From: Parcubacteria group bacterium
GTDB taxonomy: Bacteria; Patescibacteriota; Patescibacteriia; UBA9934; GWF2-40-263
DNA: 64,000 nucleotides
Direction: 5' to 3'
Assembly (NCBI GenBank): GCA_013204395.1
Contig: JABMNZ010000008.1
Location: 15,014 to 79,013 of the forward strand
In this document: piece after piece, positions 28,243 to 39,600 of the stretch
How positions within the stretch are numbered: the stretch's first letter is position 1
Layout: every line of letters begins with the position of its first letter
Notes under the pieces: generated by a model
The model's database searches: none
What the model saw: only the letters and a program-made list of their open reading frames with translations
What the model was told of the DNA's origin: nothing
Position numbers and translations under genes: made by a program

Positions 28243-29226
28243 GTGGGGTATGATGGCGCTGTTATGTTGATATTTATCTACGGTGATGACACGTTTAGAG
28301 TTCAGGAGAAGGTACGTGTCATGAAAGACGCCTTTAAAGAGAAGTTTGATCCAACTGGAATGAACACAGCTGAGTATTCTGGGAAACTTGTTCTTGGAGA
28401 CGTGATTCAATCAGTAAGATCACTTCCATTTTTGGGAAAAAAGCGAATGATTGTCATTCGGGATCTGATTGATGTCACTGAGAAGGCGGACATGAAAGTA
28501 TGGGTTGAAGGCCTTGTTGATGCGCCAGATAGCTCCATTGTTGTTTTTTGGGAAACGGCCGAACCATCTAAGCTCGAGAAAAAGCCTCTTTTTAAAACAC
28601 TGCAGGAAGCTGCTGAAGTTCATCACTATGTCTTCCCGCAGTTACAAGGTGCTGAGTTGGGTAGATGGGTTGCTAAGCGTGTGAGAGACCGTGGCGGATC
28701 TATTGATGTGGCCGGACAGCGCGCACTTGTTGAGCGAGTCGGGGCAGATCTGTGGCAGATGGATCAAGAGATCGGCAAGCTTGTTGCCTATGCTGGTGAG
28801 GGACAGATTACCCCCATGATGGTAAATGACCTGGTTCATGCAAGTTTTGAGGGAAAGATATTTGGACTGATTGATGCAATTTCACAGCGTCGCACCAATG
28901 AAGCTATCAAACTTTTGCAGAAAGAAAGATGGAGCGGTGCAAATGACCATTATTTGCTTACCATGCTAGGAAGACAGGTTAGAATATTACTTGGAGCTAG
29001 GGCGCTCCTTGATTCTGATCCAGGTGCAGGAAAACAGAGATTTGCTGATGTTATGGGCCTGCATCCGTTTGTGGCAGGAAAAGCTCTTGATCAAGCTCGA
29101 AGATTTTCTATTGAATCATTAAGAAATGTTCACGATAAGTTGTATACTTTTGACTATCAGTTAAAAACAGGCCAGATCGCTGCTGATCTGGCTGTTGATT
29201 TGACTACAATAGACCTGATTACGTAG
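28243..29226 (+). CDS. holA: DNA polymerase III delta subunit. GTG 28243 is the track start; an in-frame ATG at 28264 (MLIFIYGDD) is also possible
   Basis: The delta-subunit N-terminal pattern IYGDDTF...VRV is followed by a helical domain of typical length. Confidence 0.7.
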   Translation: MGYDGAVMLIFIYGDDTFRVQEKVRVMKDAFKEKFDPTGMNTAEYSGKLVLGDVIQSVRSLPFLGKKRMIVIRDLIDVTEKADMKVWVEGLVDAPDSSIVVFWETAEPSKLEKKPLFKTLQEAAEVHHYVFPQLQGAELGRWVAKRVRDRGGSIDVAGQRALVERVGADLWQMDQEIGKLVAYAGEGQITPMMVNDLVHASFEGKIFGLIDAISQRRTNEAIKLLQKERWSGANDHYLLTMLGRQVRILLGARALLDSDPGAGKQRFADVMGLHPFVAGKALDQARRFSIESLRNVHDKLYTFDYQLKTGQIAADLAVDLTTIDLIT

Positions 29227-29246
29227 TTGGATCTAATTCCGGGTAA

Positions 29247-29278
29247 CAAAAAACAGACCCTTGCGGGTCTGTTTTTTT
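29247..29278. terminator. Bidirectional terminator between holA and rpsT
   Basis: aaaaaaa-cagaccc-ttgc-gggtctg-ttttttt. Confidence 0.6.
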
Positions 29279-29546
29279 ATGCGCTTGTAAGAGCGTTGAG
29301 CCTCTTCATCATTCGTGACTTGTATCGAGCGACTGTGTTTTTCTTCAACACATTCTTTTGAGCTGCCTTATCCATTTTCTTTCCAACAAGCTGTGCGACA
29401 CTTTTTGCCTCCTCAACTTGCTTTGAAGTTATGGCTTTTCGGAGCTTTACTCGTAAAGACTTGATCTCAGCTTTAACAATCTTGTTTCGCTGAGCGTGTT
29501 TGTCGCTCTGTCTAAGAGCCTTCTTTGCATTTTCCAGGTTTGGCAT
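29277..29546 (-). CDS. rpsT: 30S ribosomal protein S20
   Basis: 89 aa. MPNLENAKKALRQSDKHAQRNKIVK... is the S20 signature. Confidence 0.85.
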   Translation of the reverse strand: MPNLENAKKALRQSDKHAQRNKIVKAEIKSLRVKLRKAITSKQVEEAKSVAQLVGKKMDKAAQKNVLKKNTVARYKSRMMKRLNALTSA

Positions 29547-29722
29547 AGTAAATATGTTTGAGAGAGATAAGTTAGCTGCTGTGCTAACTGAGACGTCGGA
29601 ATTATAGCTGAACTGCTATATATGTCAATCTTTCACGGTGGTCACAATGGAGACCATTCTCAGAACTAATATCTGTGTCGTAAAATACTCTTGTGAATAA
29701 TGGGCACTGTTCCAGGTGTATT

Positions 29723-30838
29723 CTATTCAGAGCTTGGGATAGTTAGTTCTAGAGGGTCCAACTCTTTTCCGGCAGTACCGCCAGTGATTTTGTAGATGTC
29801 CTTATCAACCTTCTTTAGTTCTAATGAAGATGCTGTATATGCACGTACTGTTGTCTCAAGATGCTTCCCTACTCGATTATGGTGATCCTCGTATGCGTTC
29901 ATATGACGCATCAGTTTCTCTGCCTGACTTTGGATGTCCTTTACCGAGTCCTCTATCTGAAGTGCTTTCAGTCCCAGCATTACGGTTTGAAGATAAGCAA
30001 AAAATGATGTTGGCGAGACAATCATCACACCCTTTTCAAAAGCATATTCGATCAGGTTTCTCGTATTCACCTTAACGGTACCTACGTTTTGTGAGATTAG
30101 ATTGTGATAGACACCTTCGGCTGGTACGAACATGAAGGCAAAGTTTGTTGTGCCCATTTCCGGCTGTATGTATTTAGAAGTTTCATCAATCCGCAGTTTT
30201 ACATCGGATTTGAATTCTCTTTCAAGAATTACTCGCCGATCATCATTTGTTTCCTGTGAAACTCTGTTGTAATTTTCAAGGGAAAACTTTGCGTCAATAG
30301 GGACAATCAGATCCTTTACGAACAAGACAGCGTCTGGAATAAGCTTTTGACCTGTTTTTTCATCTGTTCCAAGGTGATACTGCATTTTATAGTGGCCTGG
30401 AGGCAGAACCTGATCTAGCAGTGATTCAAGCCAATATTCACCAAGAATTCCGCGCTGTTTCGGATTTTTAAGTATATTTTCTAGGCTCTGGAGTTGTTTT
30501 GAGAACCCTAGAACTTGTTTATTTGTTTCATCTAATGTTGTTAGTTTTTCTGTTACATCTCTAATTATCCCAGACGTGTGTCTAAAGTGCTTCTGGAGAG
30601 TCGTTGAGGATTCTTGAAGATTTTCTACGAGACGATTGTGGATTGTATCTAGTTTTCCCTCCACTTCTTTTCTTTGGGAGTTAGTGGTTTCCTGAATCTC
30701 TCGTCTTAATTCATTTATATTGTTTAATAGGTCGGCACCATTTGACTCATCTTTTGTTTTAAACTGCTTCACAATCAAATACATCAATGTTATAGCGAGC
30801 AGGATAATTATTAGTGCCAGGAATGTATCAGTAGTCAT
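29723..30838 (-). CDS. rmuC: DNA recombination protein RmuC
   Basis: N-terminal TM, long coiled coil, and the C-terminal RmuC nuclease-like region (FAFMFVPAEGVY...MIVSPTSFFAYLQTV). Confidence 0.8.
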   Translation of the reverse strand: MTTDTFLALIIILLAITLMYLIVKQFKTKDESNGADLLNNINELRREIQETTNSQRKEVEGKLDTIHNRLVENLQESSTTLQKHFRHTSGIIRDVTEKLTTLDETNKQVLGFSKQLQSLENILKNPKQRGILGEYWLESLLDQVLPPGHYKMQYHLGTDEKTGQKLIPDAVLFVKDLIVPIDAKFSLENYNRVSQETNDDRRVILEREFKSDVKLRIDETSKYIQPEMGTTNFAFMFVPAEGVYHNLISQNVGTVKVNTRNLIEYAFEKGVMIVSPTSFFAYLQTVMLGLKALQIEDSVKDIQSQAEKLMRHMNAYEDHHNRVGKHLETTVRAYTASSLELKKVDKDIYKITGGTAGKELDPLELTIPSSE

Positions 30839-30938
30839 ATTTGGCTTTGACGCTAGTAAGTCAGTGACGTATTATTACGTCGCCAAACAAGTATATCACG
30901 CATTTTTACACTGATACTCTTTGGGAATAGTCAACCAT

Positions 30939-31014
30939 GTCCTTGTAGCTCAACAGGATAGAGCGCATCCCTCCTAAGGATGACATGGGGGTTCGAGCCC
31001 CTCCAGGGACACCA
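30939..31014 (+). tRNA. tRNA-Arg (anticodon CCT), CCA encoded
   Basis: Acceptor GTCCTTG/CAGGGAC, D-arm TAGCTCAACAGGATAGAGC, anticodon stem CATCC/GGATG with loop CTCCTAA, T-arm GGGGGTTCGAGCCCCTC. Confidence 0.85.
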
Positions 31015-31278
31015 GGAACCTTCTTTTTCAAAACATAGTTGAGAGTGTTTCACATGAAACTACTCAAAGTGGTCTGTTGGAATGGAAAGGAATTGAATTT
31101 ATGAAAAGACGACAGGAAACTGCCGTTTTTTGTTTATTTGGCAACACAGGGGTAGACAAATGTGCCAGAATGTGGATAACTGCACTTTTACTTGCCTTTT
31201 AAGCACTAATTCTATATAGTACAGTACTTTATGCTTCCTTGAGCACGATTTTATTGCTAAGATTAGCGAATAAATAGA

Positions 31279-31307
31279 TTGACTACATTTAGTATTCATG
31301 GTATACT
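31279..31307 (+). promoter_or_regulatory. Near-consensus sigma70 promoter TTGACT-N17-TATACT driving the surface-protein operon
   Basis: Read directly. The RBS GGTAGAGG then the ATG at 31328 follow. Confidence 0.55.
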
Positions 31308-31327
31308 CTATTTGGTAGAGGTTCTAT

Positions 31328-32233
31328 ATGATATTACGACTTTTCACCTTTGCACTTGTGGGGTTTTTTGTATGCACAGGTTTTGTGCAAGCAGAGATGA
31401 CATCCACAAACTACGAGATTCGGTGGGACACGTTCAGCACCGGTGGTTCTGATACCTCTAGCTCATCCACATATTTGCTCAGAGACTCAGTGGATGGATC
31501 AGGTGCTGCAAGATCATCAAGCTCTAGCTACACCTTGAGTCACGGTTACAGGGAGGGGGTGAATGATCAGGTAATTACATTTGATGTACAGGTTCAGGAT
31601 AGGAGTGATGAACGCTCTGTTTCTACGCTTTCTGGTACGACAATTACCACATCAGTGAGCGGGATCTCTGTATCTGACTATGTGGTTCTCGTTCAAGATA
31701 AGGGAGCTGCTCAGATTGCGGCAGTTGGCAAGGTAATAAGTATTGGAGCATCTTCAATAGTGGTGGACAGCCTCACAAACGGAGGTATTGCACCAACTAT
31801 TGATGGAAGTAACGACTATTTGTACCAAATGGACGCTTCTGCAATTGCTTTAGGGACATTATCATCATCAACATTTAGCACAGGGATTATATCTATGGAG
31901 GTAAGTGCGACAAATGATAACGGCTATGTGGTGCAAATGTTCGAGGATGGGGACATGCGGGCTGGGAGCAATACAATAACTGATGTGTCCGATGGGGCAG
32001 TGACTTTGGGTGCTACGGAGTATGGGGCACGATCATCTGACGTCTCGTTGGCATCAACTACTTTCGATACGGTAGATTCGGCAATCACAACTACTTACCA
32101 GGACGTTGTAACAGAATCTTCAGCAAGTTTTACGAGCAGAAACTTCATTACTGTCAAAGCATCGATTGCTGCAGGAGCAGCTAGTGGTTCGTACGCACAA
32201 ACTCTTTCTTTCATAGCATCAGGGAATTTCTAG
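31328..32233 (+). CDS. Secreted Ser/Thr-rich protein with a WxL-like C-terminus
   Basis: Signal peptide MILRLFTFALVGFFVCTGFVQA. The C-terminal GSYAQTLSFIASGNF resembles the WxL-domain terminal motif [GN]xYxxT[LI]x[WF]xL. Confidence 0.45.
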   Translation: MILRLFTFALVGFFVCTGFVQAEMTSTNYEIRWDTFSTGGSDTSSSSTYLLRDSVDGSGAARSSSSSYTLSHGYREGVNDQVITFDVQVQDRSDERSVSTLSGTTITTSVSGISVSDYVVLVQDKGAAQIAAVGKVISIGASSIVVDSLTNGGIAPTIDGSNDYLYQMDASAIALGTLSSSTFSTGIISMEVSATNDNGYVVQMFEDGDMRAGSNTITDVSDGAVTLGATEYGARSSDVSLASTTFDTVDSAITTTYQDVVTESSASFTSRNFITVKASIAAGAASGSYAQTLSFIASGNF

Positions 32234-32235
32234 AT

Positions 32236-33174
32236 ATGAAGCGACTAGTTCTAACAATTGCATTGTCACTACTAATGCCGGGGATAGTTTCCGCAGCAAG
32301 TGTTTCACCGTCTCTTTTGGAGATCACAGCAGAAAGAGGGGAAACCACTGAGGAATCTATCTCTGTCATTAACACGAGCAGAATTGATAAGACGTATTAC
32401 TTGGACGTCATTGAATTCATTGCCCGTAAGGAAGGAGGGGAACCACAGTTCCTTACATCAGGAGAATCAAATTCCGAACACCTTGGTTGGTTTTCGTTTA
32501 AAACTGACACGGTAATTGTTCCGGCTGAAAGTGTTGGAGAAGTCGTGTTTGATGTAAGTGTTCCTCCAAATGTCCCATCAGGTGGGTACTACGCGGCGGT
32601 TACAATCTCAGAATCACCAGAAGATCTGTTGGCAAGCAATGGCACGATGATTGATGCAAAGATTGCCGTACTTATGCTCATTACCGTTGAAGGTGAGACT
32701 ATCGAGTCTGCACGATTACTGGATTTCATGAGTGATATGTCTGGAGGCTTGTTGTCGACATTGGATCTTGATACTCAATATCGCATTCAAAACCAGGGAA
32801 ATGTACACATTTTTCCAAGCGGGACGATATCAGTCACAGATTTCTTCGGGCGAGCAATTAGTGAAATAGATGCTAACGAAACATTAGGGCGTGTTCTTCC
32901 AGATTCAACACGTGCATACAAGGCATCCATTTCATCTGGAGATCACGTTGGTTGGTATGAGTTAATCAATCATCAGGCACAGTATTTTGCGATCGGTCCA
33001 ATGACGGTAACGCTGGACTTGATGTACGGAAATGATTCACTTCCAATCCAAGCACAATTCTCATTCTGGTTAATTCCGTGGCAGTTAGGGCTTACAGTCA
33101 TCTTATTGGTAGTCCTGCTCCTTCTTGTTTACAAACTTGGTGCTCGTGCATCAAGGAGGACATACAAATCATAA
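32236..33174 (+). CDS. Cell-surface protein resembling the DUF916/DUF3324 family (WxL-locus partner): signal peptide plus a C-terminal TM anchor
   Basis: Signal MKRLVLTIALSLLMPGIVSA. The PSGGYYAAVTIS motif is DUF916-like. A C-terminal TM LTVILLVVLLLLVYKL is followed by a basic tail. Confidence 0.5.
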   Translation: MKRLVLTIALSLLMPGIVSAASVSPSLLEITAERGETTEESISVINTSRIDKTYYLDVIEFIARKEGGEPQFLTSGESNSEHLGWFSFKTDTVIVPAESVGEVVFDVSVPPNVPSGGYYAAVTISESPEDLLASNGTMIDAKIAVLMLITVEGETIESARLLDFMSDMSGGLLSTLDLDTQYRIQNQGNVHIFPSGTISVTDFFGRAISEIDANETLGRVLPDSTRAYKASISSGDHVGWYELINHQAQYFAIGPMTVTLDLMYGNDSLPIQAQFSFWLIPWQLGLTVILLVVLLLLVYKLGARASRRTYKS

Positions 33175-33180
33175 ACATGT

Positions 33181-36100
33181 GTGCGTACGATCATCAACGC
33201 AACTCGAAACATCTTATTAGTCGCGGTTCTAGCAACGGCGATTGTTATGGGTGCTTCACAGGTGTCGGCAGCGACGCTTACTGTAGGGAATGATTATTCT
33301 TCGACACTGCAAATTTCCCAGCAGGCGAACCATTCAGTGATCTTTACAACCCCAACAGGTATAGCAGAAGGTGAAACTCTTACGATTACTTTTGCCACAG
33401 CTTTCAACACATCTTCAATCACTGAGGACGATGTCGATATTGCTGACGATGGTGTTGACCTAACAACCAGCTCAACATGTGCGTCTACTGAGCAGGCATC
33501 AGTGTCAATTGCTTCTGATGTAGTGACGATTACTATTTGTGCTGGTGATGGCGGTGCAATTGCAGCAGCCAGCCAGGTTACTGTCGAGATTGGCACGAAC
33601 GCCTCTTCTTCAGGAACGGGTGCAAACAAAGCCACAAATCCATCAGGTGCTGGAACATATTTTGTAACTATAGCTGGAACGTTCAGTGATCGAGGTTCAA
33701 TAGCTCTTCCGATTGGTGGAGACGACAGTATTCCAGTCTCAGTGACGGTTCCTGAGGTGGAGAGTGGTGGTGGTGACACGCTAGAGGATTCAACCGCTCC
33801 ATCAATAAGCGGGTTAGTAGTTTCTTCAATATCATCGACTTCAGCCATTGTTTCGTGGAGTACAGACGAATCAGGGACTTCGGTGGTTAATTACGGACTG
33901 ACAGAATCGCTTGAGCTTGAAAGTTTTTCAGAGAGTGGTTATGCAACATCTCATGTTGTGACGATGACTGGTCTTGTGGAAGGTCAGACATATTACATAA
34001 GTGCTACTTCAGCAGATTCAATTGGAAATTCGGCGACTTCCAGCACAACAGCTTTCACAACCTTGGATCTTACTCCACCTGTACTTTCAGATATTGAAGT
34101 AATCGACATTACTTACGATTCTGCGCGAGTTACTTGGACAACTGATGAGTCTGCGAATAGCATCGTTTCATATGGCGAAACTGATGCATATCTATTGTCT
34201 GCATCTACCAGTGCATTCGTTACTTTGCACAGCGTTCTACTTTCTGGGTTGAGTGAAGGAACTGAATATCATTTTCAAGTTGGTTCAACCGATCAATCTT
34301 CAAACCAAGTTTTTTCAAGTGATGAAACGTTTACGACAGGTGAGAATCTCCCACCATCAAATGTTTCTGGATTGGTAATAGTGAGTGGAATAAGTAAGTT
34401 GTCACTTTCCTGGACGAATCCGACCGACGATGATTTGGCTGGAATTCGCGTGCTGTTTTGTGAAGATGAATATCCTGACAGTCCCACTGATACAGACTGT
34501 TCAATTACAAATTATGGTCTTGTTGAGGAAGCTACGTTATCGGGCTTAACAGCGGGGGTTACGTACTACCTGGGGGTATTTACTTATGATGATGTAGGGC
34601 AGTTTGCTTCTGGCGCGCTTGGAATTGGGTTACCAAGTGCTCCAGAAGAAGAGTTGCCCTCAGAAGAAGATGATTCTGAGGATGAGTCGGATGAAGATAC
34701 TGGCAGCGGAGACGATCCTGTGGATGAGCCCACAGACGATTCTGAGTCAGGTGATTCCGACGAAGGAGGCGATGACGGTGACAGCTCGGACACAGACGGT
34801 TCCACGGACCTGGCGGTTTTTTGTGGAGATGGTGTGTGTTCAGGGTCTGAATCTCAAGCATCGTGTCCAATCGATTGTGCCAGCGATAGTGAGCCAACCT
34901 CCCTGGGTGCGGAGGAAGGTGAGTTGTCAGATGGCGATATCGAATACTTAGTAGCAGATCGATCTATTTCGCTTGAGACCACCAGCTCCGGTGTGGTCGA
35001 AGTACTTCCCACAAGTACGCTAAGCGTTCAGATCCATGCACGTGAGCTGTCTGATAATGTCAGCTCTATACAGCTGTCAATTGGCAGCGAATTGTTCCTA
35101 CTGTCTCTCGATGAGACGCTCGTTCTTTACAACGCAGATGTTACCGTACCAGCCCAATCGGGCATTCAGCAGGTAACCGTTCTCGTTTTATACGATGACG
35201 GCTCCACTGAAACGGTTTCTTCATACCTGCGTGTAGTCACTCCAGGCTACATATATCAGGTCATCGATGGTGAAGAAGTCGCAGTAACAGACGCAAACAT
35301 TACACTCTATGAAGTTGTTGGTGGAGAACAAATTGTTTGGGATGGGTCCCCATACGATCAGTTCAACCCAATAACTGTTAACTCAGATGGAACATTCTCT
35401 TGGTATGTACCAAACGGTACATACATTGTAGAAGTTCAAGCAGAAGGTTTTGAGACTACAAATTCTGGCCAGCTTGTAATCACAAATTCGATTGTGAATC
35501 ATCGCATTGCCATCGCATCGTACGAGCGTGTGCAGGACGAGGATCCAGTTACTGATGCAGAATCTGAGGATGACGAAAAAGAAACTATTACCGTTATTGG
35601 TGTAATTGAGACAATGCTCGATTATAAACCACTTCAGGCGGTAAGGGAGTCCCTCGAAGTAGTTCGAGATCTTCCAGGTGTTGAAGGGGCAGCAGAGGTT
35701 TCTGTCCCCACACTTGCCATTACTGCAGGGGCAAGTGTGGTGATGCTTTCTGTCGCATTCGATTTCCTTCCTTTCCTACAATATCTTTTCACAGCGCCAG
35801 TACTATTTTTCTGGCGTCGACGTAGGAAGAGTTACGGGGTCGTTTATAACGCTATCTCCAAGACTCCAGTAGATCTTGCAGTGGTGCGTCTCTTCAAAGT
35901 CACGGCTCAAGATGAGGCGGCTGGTTTGCCTGGCCGTCTCGTCAAGAGTCGAGTTACAGATAAAGGGGGTAGATATTTCTTCCTGGTTGACCCAGGAAGG
36001 TATCGTATAACAGCTACAAAAGGTGGGTTTCAGTTCCCATCTGAGTACATGGCTGGAGAAAAGACAGACGGTCAGTATCTAGATGTTTACCATCTCGAGC

Positions 36101-36666
36101 CGATCGAAGTTACAGAGGCAAGTGCGGTTATCTCCGCAAATATTCCGCTCGATCCTCTGCAGCAAAGTTCTGCTCAGGCAGCTACTTCGTATAAGAGAGG
36201 TCGGCTTCTACGACACATGCAACACACAGTCGCGTTTGCAGGTGTGATAGCGGCAGTTATCTTCGCAATCATCCGCCCAACACCGTTTTCAGTAGGAATG
36301 ATTGTTATACAGCTCTGTGTGCTCGTTCTTGCAAAGCGTTTGGCACGCCCAAGGAAACCAATTAGCTGGGGAGTTGTTTACGACAAGGGCACTGGAAGAC
36401 CACTATCTAGAGTTGTTACTCGTATCTTTGAGCCAAAGTACAACAAGGTTCTTGAGACTCAAGTGACCGATAGCAAGGGTAGATACTCGTTCATGCTTGG
36501 ACCAAACACGTATTACGCCACCTTCCAAAAAGATGGGTTTCACACAGTCGAGGTTCGTCCAATTGATTACTCTCAGTTAAAGGAGCCAGTTGATTTCTCT
36601 GAGGAGGTTGGACTTGAACCAGACGTCACAGCATCAACACCACCACAGCCACCATCAAATATTTAG
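33181..36666 (+). CDS. Large (1161 aa) polytopic surface protein with three FN3-like domains, an acidic linker, a Cys-knot motif and three CarboxypepD_reg-like domains separated by TM helices
   Basis: Three repeated FN3-like units (…SWSTDESGTSVVNYG…, …TWTTDESANSIVSYG…, …SWTNPTDDD…). Linker EEDDSEDESDEDTGSGDD… Cys motif CGDGVCSGSESQASCPIDC. Three repeats of the type VTDANITLYEV…GTYIVEV. At least two multi-helix TM blocks. Confidence 0.7.
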   Translation: MRTIINATRNILLVAVLATAIVMGASQVSAATLTVGNDYSSTLQISQQANHSVIFTTPTGIAEGETLTITFATAFNTSSITEDDVDIADDGVDLTTSSTCASTEQASVSIASDVVTITICAGDGGAIAAASQVTVEIGTNASSSGTGANKATNPSGAGTYFVTIAGTFSDRGSIALPIGGDDSIPVSVTVPEVESGGGDTLEDSTAPSISGLVVSSISSTSAIVSWSTDESGTSVVNYGLTESLELESFSESGYATSHVVTMTGLVEGQTYYISATSADSIGNSATSSTTAFTTLDLTPPVLSDIEVIDITYDSARVTWTTDESANSIVSYGETDAYLLSASTSAFVTLHSVLLSGLSEGTEYHFQVGSTDQSSNQVFSSDETFTTGENLPPSNVSGLVIVSGISKLSLSWTNPTDDDLAGIRVLFCEDEYPDSPTDTDCSITNYGLVEEATLSGLTAGVTYYLGVFTYDDVGQFASGALGIGLPSAPEEELPSEEDDSEDESDEDTGSGDDPVDEPTDDSESGDSDEGGDDGDSSDTDGSTDLAVFCGDGVCSGSESQASCPIDCASDSEPTSLGAEEGELSDGDIEYLVADRSISLETTSSGVVEVLPTSTLSVQIHARELSDNVSSIQLSIGSELFLLSLDETLVLYNADVTVPAQSGIQQVTVLVLYDDGSTETVSSYLRVVTPGYIYQVIDGEEVAVTDANITLYEVVGGEQIVWDGSPYDQFNPITVNSDGTFSWYVPNGTYIVEVQAEGFETTNSGQLVITNSIVNHRIAIASYERVQDEDPVTDAESEDDEKETITVIGVIETMLDYKPLQAVRESLEVVRDLPGVEGAAEVSVPTLAITAGASVVMLSVAFDFLPFLQYLFTAPVLFFWRRRRKSYGVVYNAISKTPVDLAVVRLFKVTAQDEAAGLPGRLVKSRVTDKGGRYFFLVDPGRYRITATKGGFQFPSEYMAGEKTDGQYLDVYHLEPIEVTEASAVISANIPLDPLQQSSAQAATSYKRGRLLRHMQHTVAFAGVIAAVIFAIIRPTPFSVGMIVIQLCVLVLAKRLARPRKPISWGVVYDKGTGRPLSRVVTRIFEPKYNKVLETQVTDSKGRYSFMLGPNTYYATFQKDGFHTVEVRPIDYSQLKEPVDFSEEVGLEPDVTASTPPQPPSNI

Positions 36667-36673
36667 GAGGAAT

Positions 36674-39600
36674 ATGTTGCTTAAGAGAAGTACACAATTT
36701 GTAACACTCACACTCGTCATCCTTTCTTTGATGGCAGTGTTTGGGGTTGTGTTGTCTGCTGCTCCACCTAATGTGGTTACCTATCAAGGACGAGTTCTTG
36801 ATACTAATGGGGTACCATCAAGCAGCTCTAGCCTCACTATGAAGTTCTTCTTTTATGACGCATCGTCGTCTGGAACATGTCTCTGGTCAAACTCTAGTGC
36901 TGACTGTGATAGTAATACACCAGCCTCAACCACTGGTAGAAGCGTCACCCTAACAACAGGATTGTTTACTCAGAATCTCGGTGATACATCTGATTCTTTC
37001 GCAGCCGTTGCAGATTCTGTGTTTGGCGATAATACATCTGTCTATCTTGAGGTGGACATCGCCGGAGAAACACTCTCTCCAAGAAAGAGGCTTACGGCAG
37101 CACCGTATGCAATTAATGCTCAGCGTCTTGATGGTATAGATTCAACGGGATTTTTAGCCTCAACAGGAGATACGGGAACAGGAATCTTCGATTTCACAGC
37201 AGCAACACTTGCTGGTGCGTCCCCATTCGTATTCGAGGGGACAACAGCAAACGATTTTGAAACAACATTCACGTTCACAGACCCAACAGGTGACAATGTT
37301 TACACATTCAAAGACGGGTCAGGAACAATTGCGTTCACAAGCGACATTTCAGGGACGGGTCTTTGGGAAGATGGTGTGTCTGGTGTATTCGAAGATGATG
37401 AAGCTGTTATTATCGGATCAAATGCCGCATTTACCTATGGTTCTGGTGGCGTGGGAGATTTGCAAGTATTCGATGAACTTGAGGTAATGGGAGACACATT
37501 TATAGACAACGATCTTGTTGTGGGTGCATCGACAAGCTCGACCGAGACTCTTTCCCATACATCTTTTACGCTCGATGGTGATGATCTGTTCGTTGCTGGG
37601 ACATTAGGGGTTGAAGGAGTTGTTTATTCAGATGGAGGGTTTACAGCAAGTACAACAACAACGTTTGGTGCAGGCGCTATTACCACCACAGGCTCGACAG
37701 ACTTAGCTCTGACGATTGCCGGTGGTGATTTGACGTTTGCACAAAACACTACCATTGGTGATGGGGGTGACACCATCGCAATTAGCACATCTGACTGGAA
37801 CATTACAGCAACAGGAAATCTTTCTGGTATTGGGACGATTGCAACAGATGGTGATGCCACACTGGGTGCTGACCTCATAATCTCTTCAGGTGTACGTATC
37901 GGGACAGGATCAACTCCAGCTAGTTTTACTGCTCTAGCAAACGACAGCCTGTTTGTTGAAGGGGCTATAGAGGTAGATGGTGCTGCTCGCTTTGACTCAA
38001 CAATGGATATCAATGGCATTCCTTCCATTGGAGCAGACATTACCTTTAATGCTGCCACCCCAACTATTGTTATTACAAATGGAGAAACATTTGCAATTAC
38101 CGACGGAACAAATACACTTTTTTCTTTGGTGGATGGTGGAACTGGCGGGAACCTAATTCTTACTGGAGATCTCACGATTGCTGGGGATGATTTAACCATG
38201 GACACCAATACAGCGGGCTTTCTCTTGGTAGGTGATGGAACAAATTACAACCCAGTCGATATTAGTGGAGACATAGATTTAGATTCCTCGGGTGTTGCAA
38301 CTGTCCAAGCTAACTCCGTGGCCCTTTCCACAGACACAACTGGTAACTATGTTGCAACCGTTAGTGATGCTGGTAATGGCACCATTACCGTTGGAGGTGC
38401 TGCTGGAGAAGGAACCGTCATTACTCTTGATGCGGTAAACGTGAACTGTAACGATTGTCTAGACTTTGCTGAGCTCTCGGATGCCCTTACCCTAGACGCC
38501 TCCACATCCATAACCATGGATAGCACGGACCAACTTCTTATAACCAATGGAGGTACTGGAGACGTCATCTTCAATCTTTCTTCTACCGGAGACTTTGTTA
38601 TTCAAGATAATGGGACACCAAGCTTTACTGCTTCTGACAATGGAGCGTTTACGTTTGATGGTGCTGTTACATTTAATTCAGCAACCACACATACACTTGC
38701 CACTAGTGAGAGCATTGCGATATCCAATAATACGGCGACGGCAGACACTTTTGATATTTCGGTTACAGCAGCAGGTAATGATGCGCAAGAGATAAACTTC
38801 ACTCTCGGTAATGACGGAGACAATGACACAGTCAATGCCTTGGAGATCAACGTCACGTCTGCCACGACAGGTGAGGAGGATGTTATTCGGGGGTTACATA
38901 TCGCACCACTGTCTTCAGCTGATGCTAGCGTGACAGAACAAGCGCTTGTGATTGGCTCTGGCTGGGATACAAATTTGTTTTTCAATGATACGTCAACAGT
39001 TATTGAATTGGCTGATACTGGCGTAATCACGTGGAGAGAAGCTGGAGGTACTAATACCCTCATGACCCTCACAGATAATGCCAACGTCGGCGACTTGCTC
39101 ATCTCCGGTGATTTCACGATTCAAGGCGACAATCTAGATTCAGCAGGAGCCCCTCTTGTTCTAAATGCTACAGCCGCCGACGAAGTGCGTGTTGGTACAG
39201 GTACTCCTGGGGTGGCGACAGGTGCGGGGGACTTCTATGTCACAAGCGACATAGAAGCTGATGGAAATTTGAATATTGCTGGGTCTGCGACGATTGGAAG
39301 CCTTGTTTGTAATGACTGTTTTGACTTTACTGAGTTTGCTGATGCGCTTGCTTTAGACGCCTCCACATCCATAACCATGGATAGCACGGACCAACTTCTT
39401 GTAACCAATGGAGGTGCTGGAGACGTCATCTTCAACCTTTCTTCTTCTGGTGATTTCGTGATTCAAGATGGGGCTACGCCAATATTTACAGCTGGAGGCG
39501 ATGGCACGTTTACGTTTGATGGTGCCACAACATTTAACACAGATGTGACCTACACCTTAGTTGCGACAGAGAACGTGGCTATTACAAACACATCTGCAGA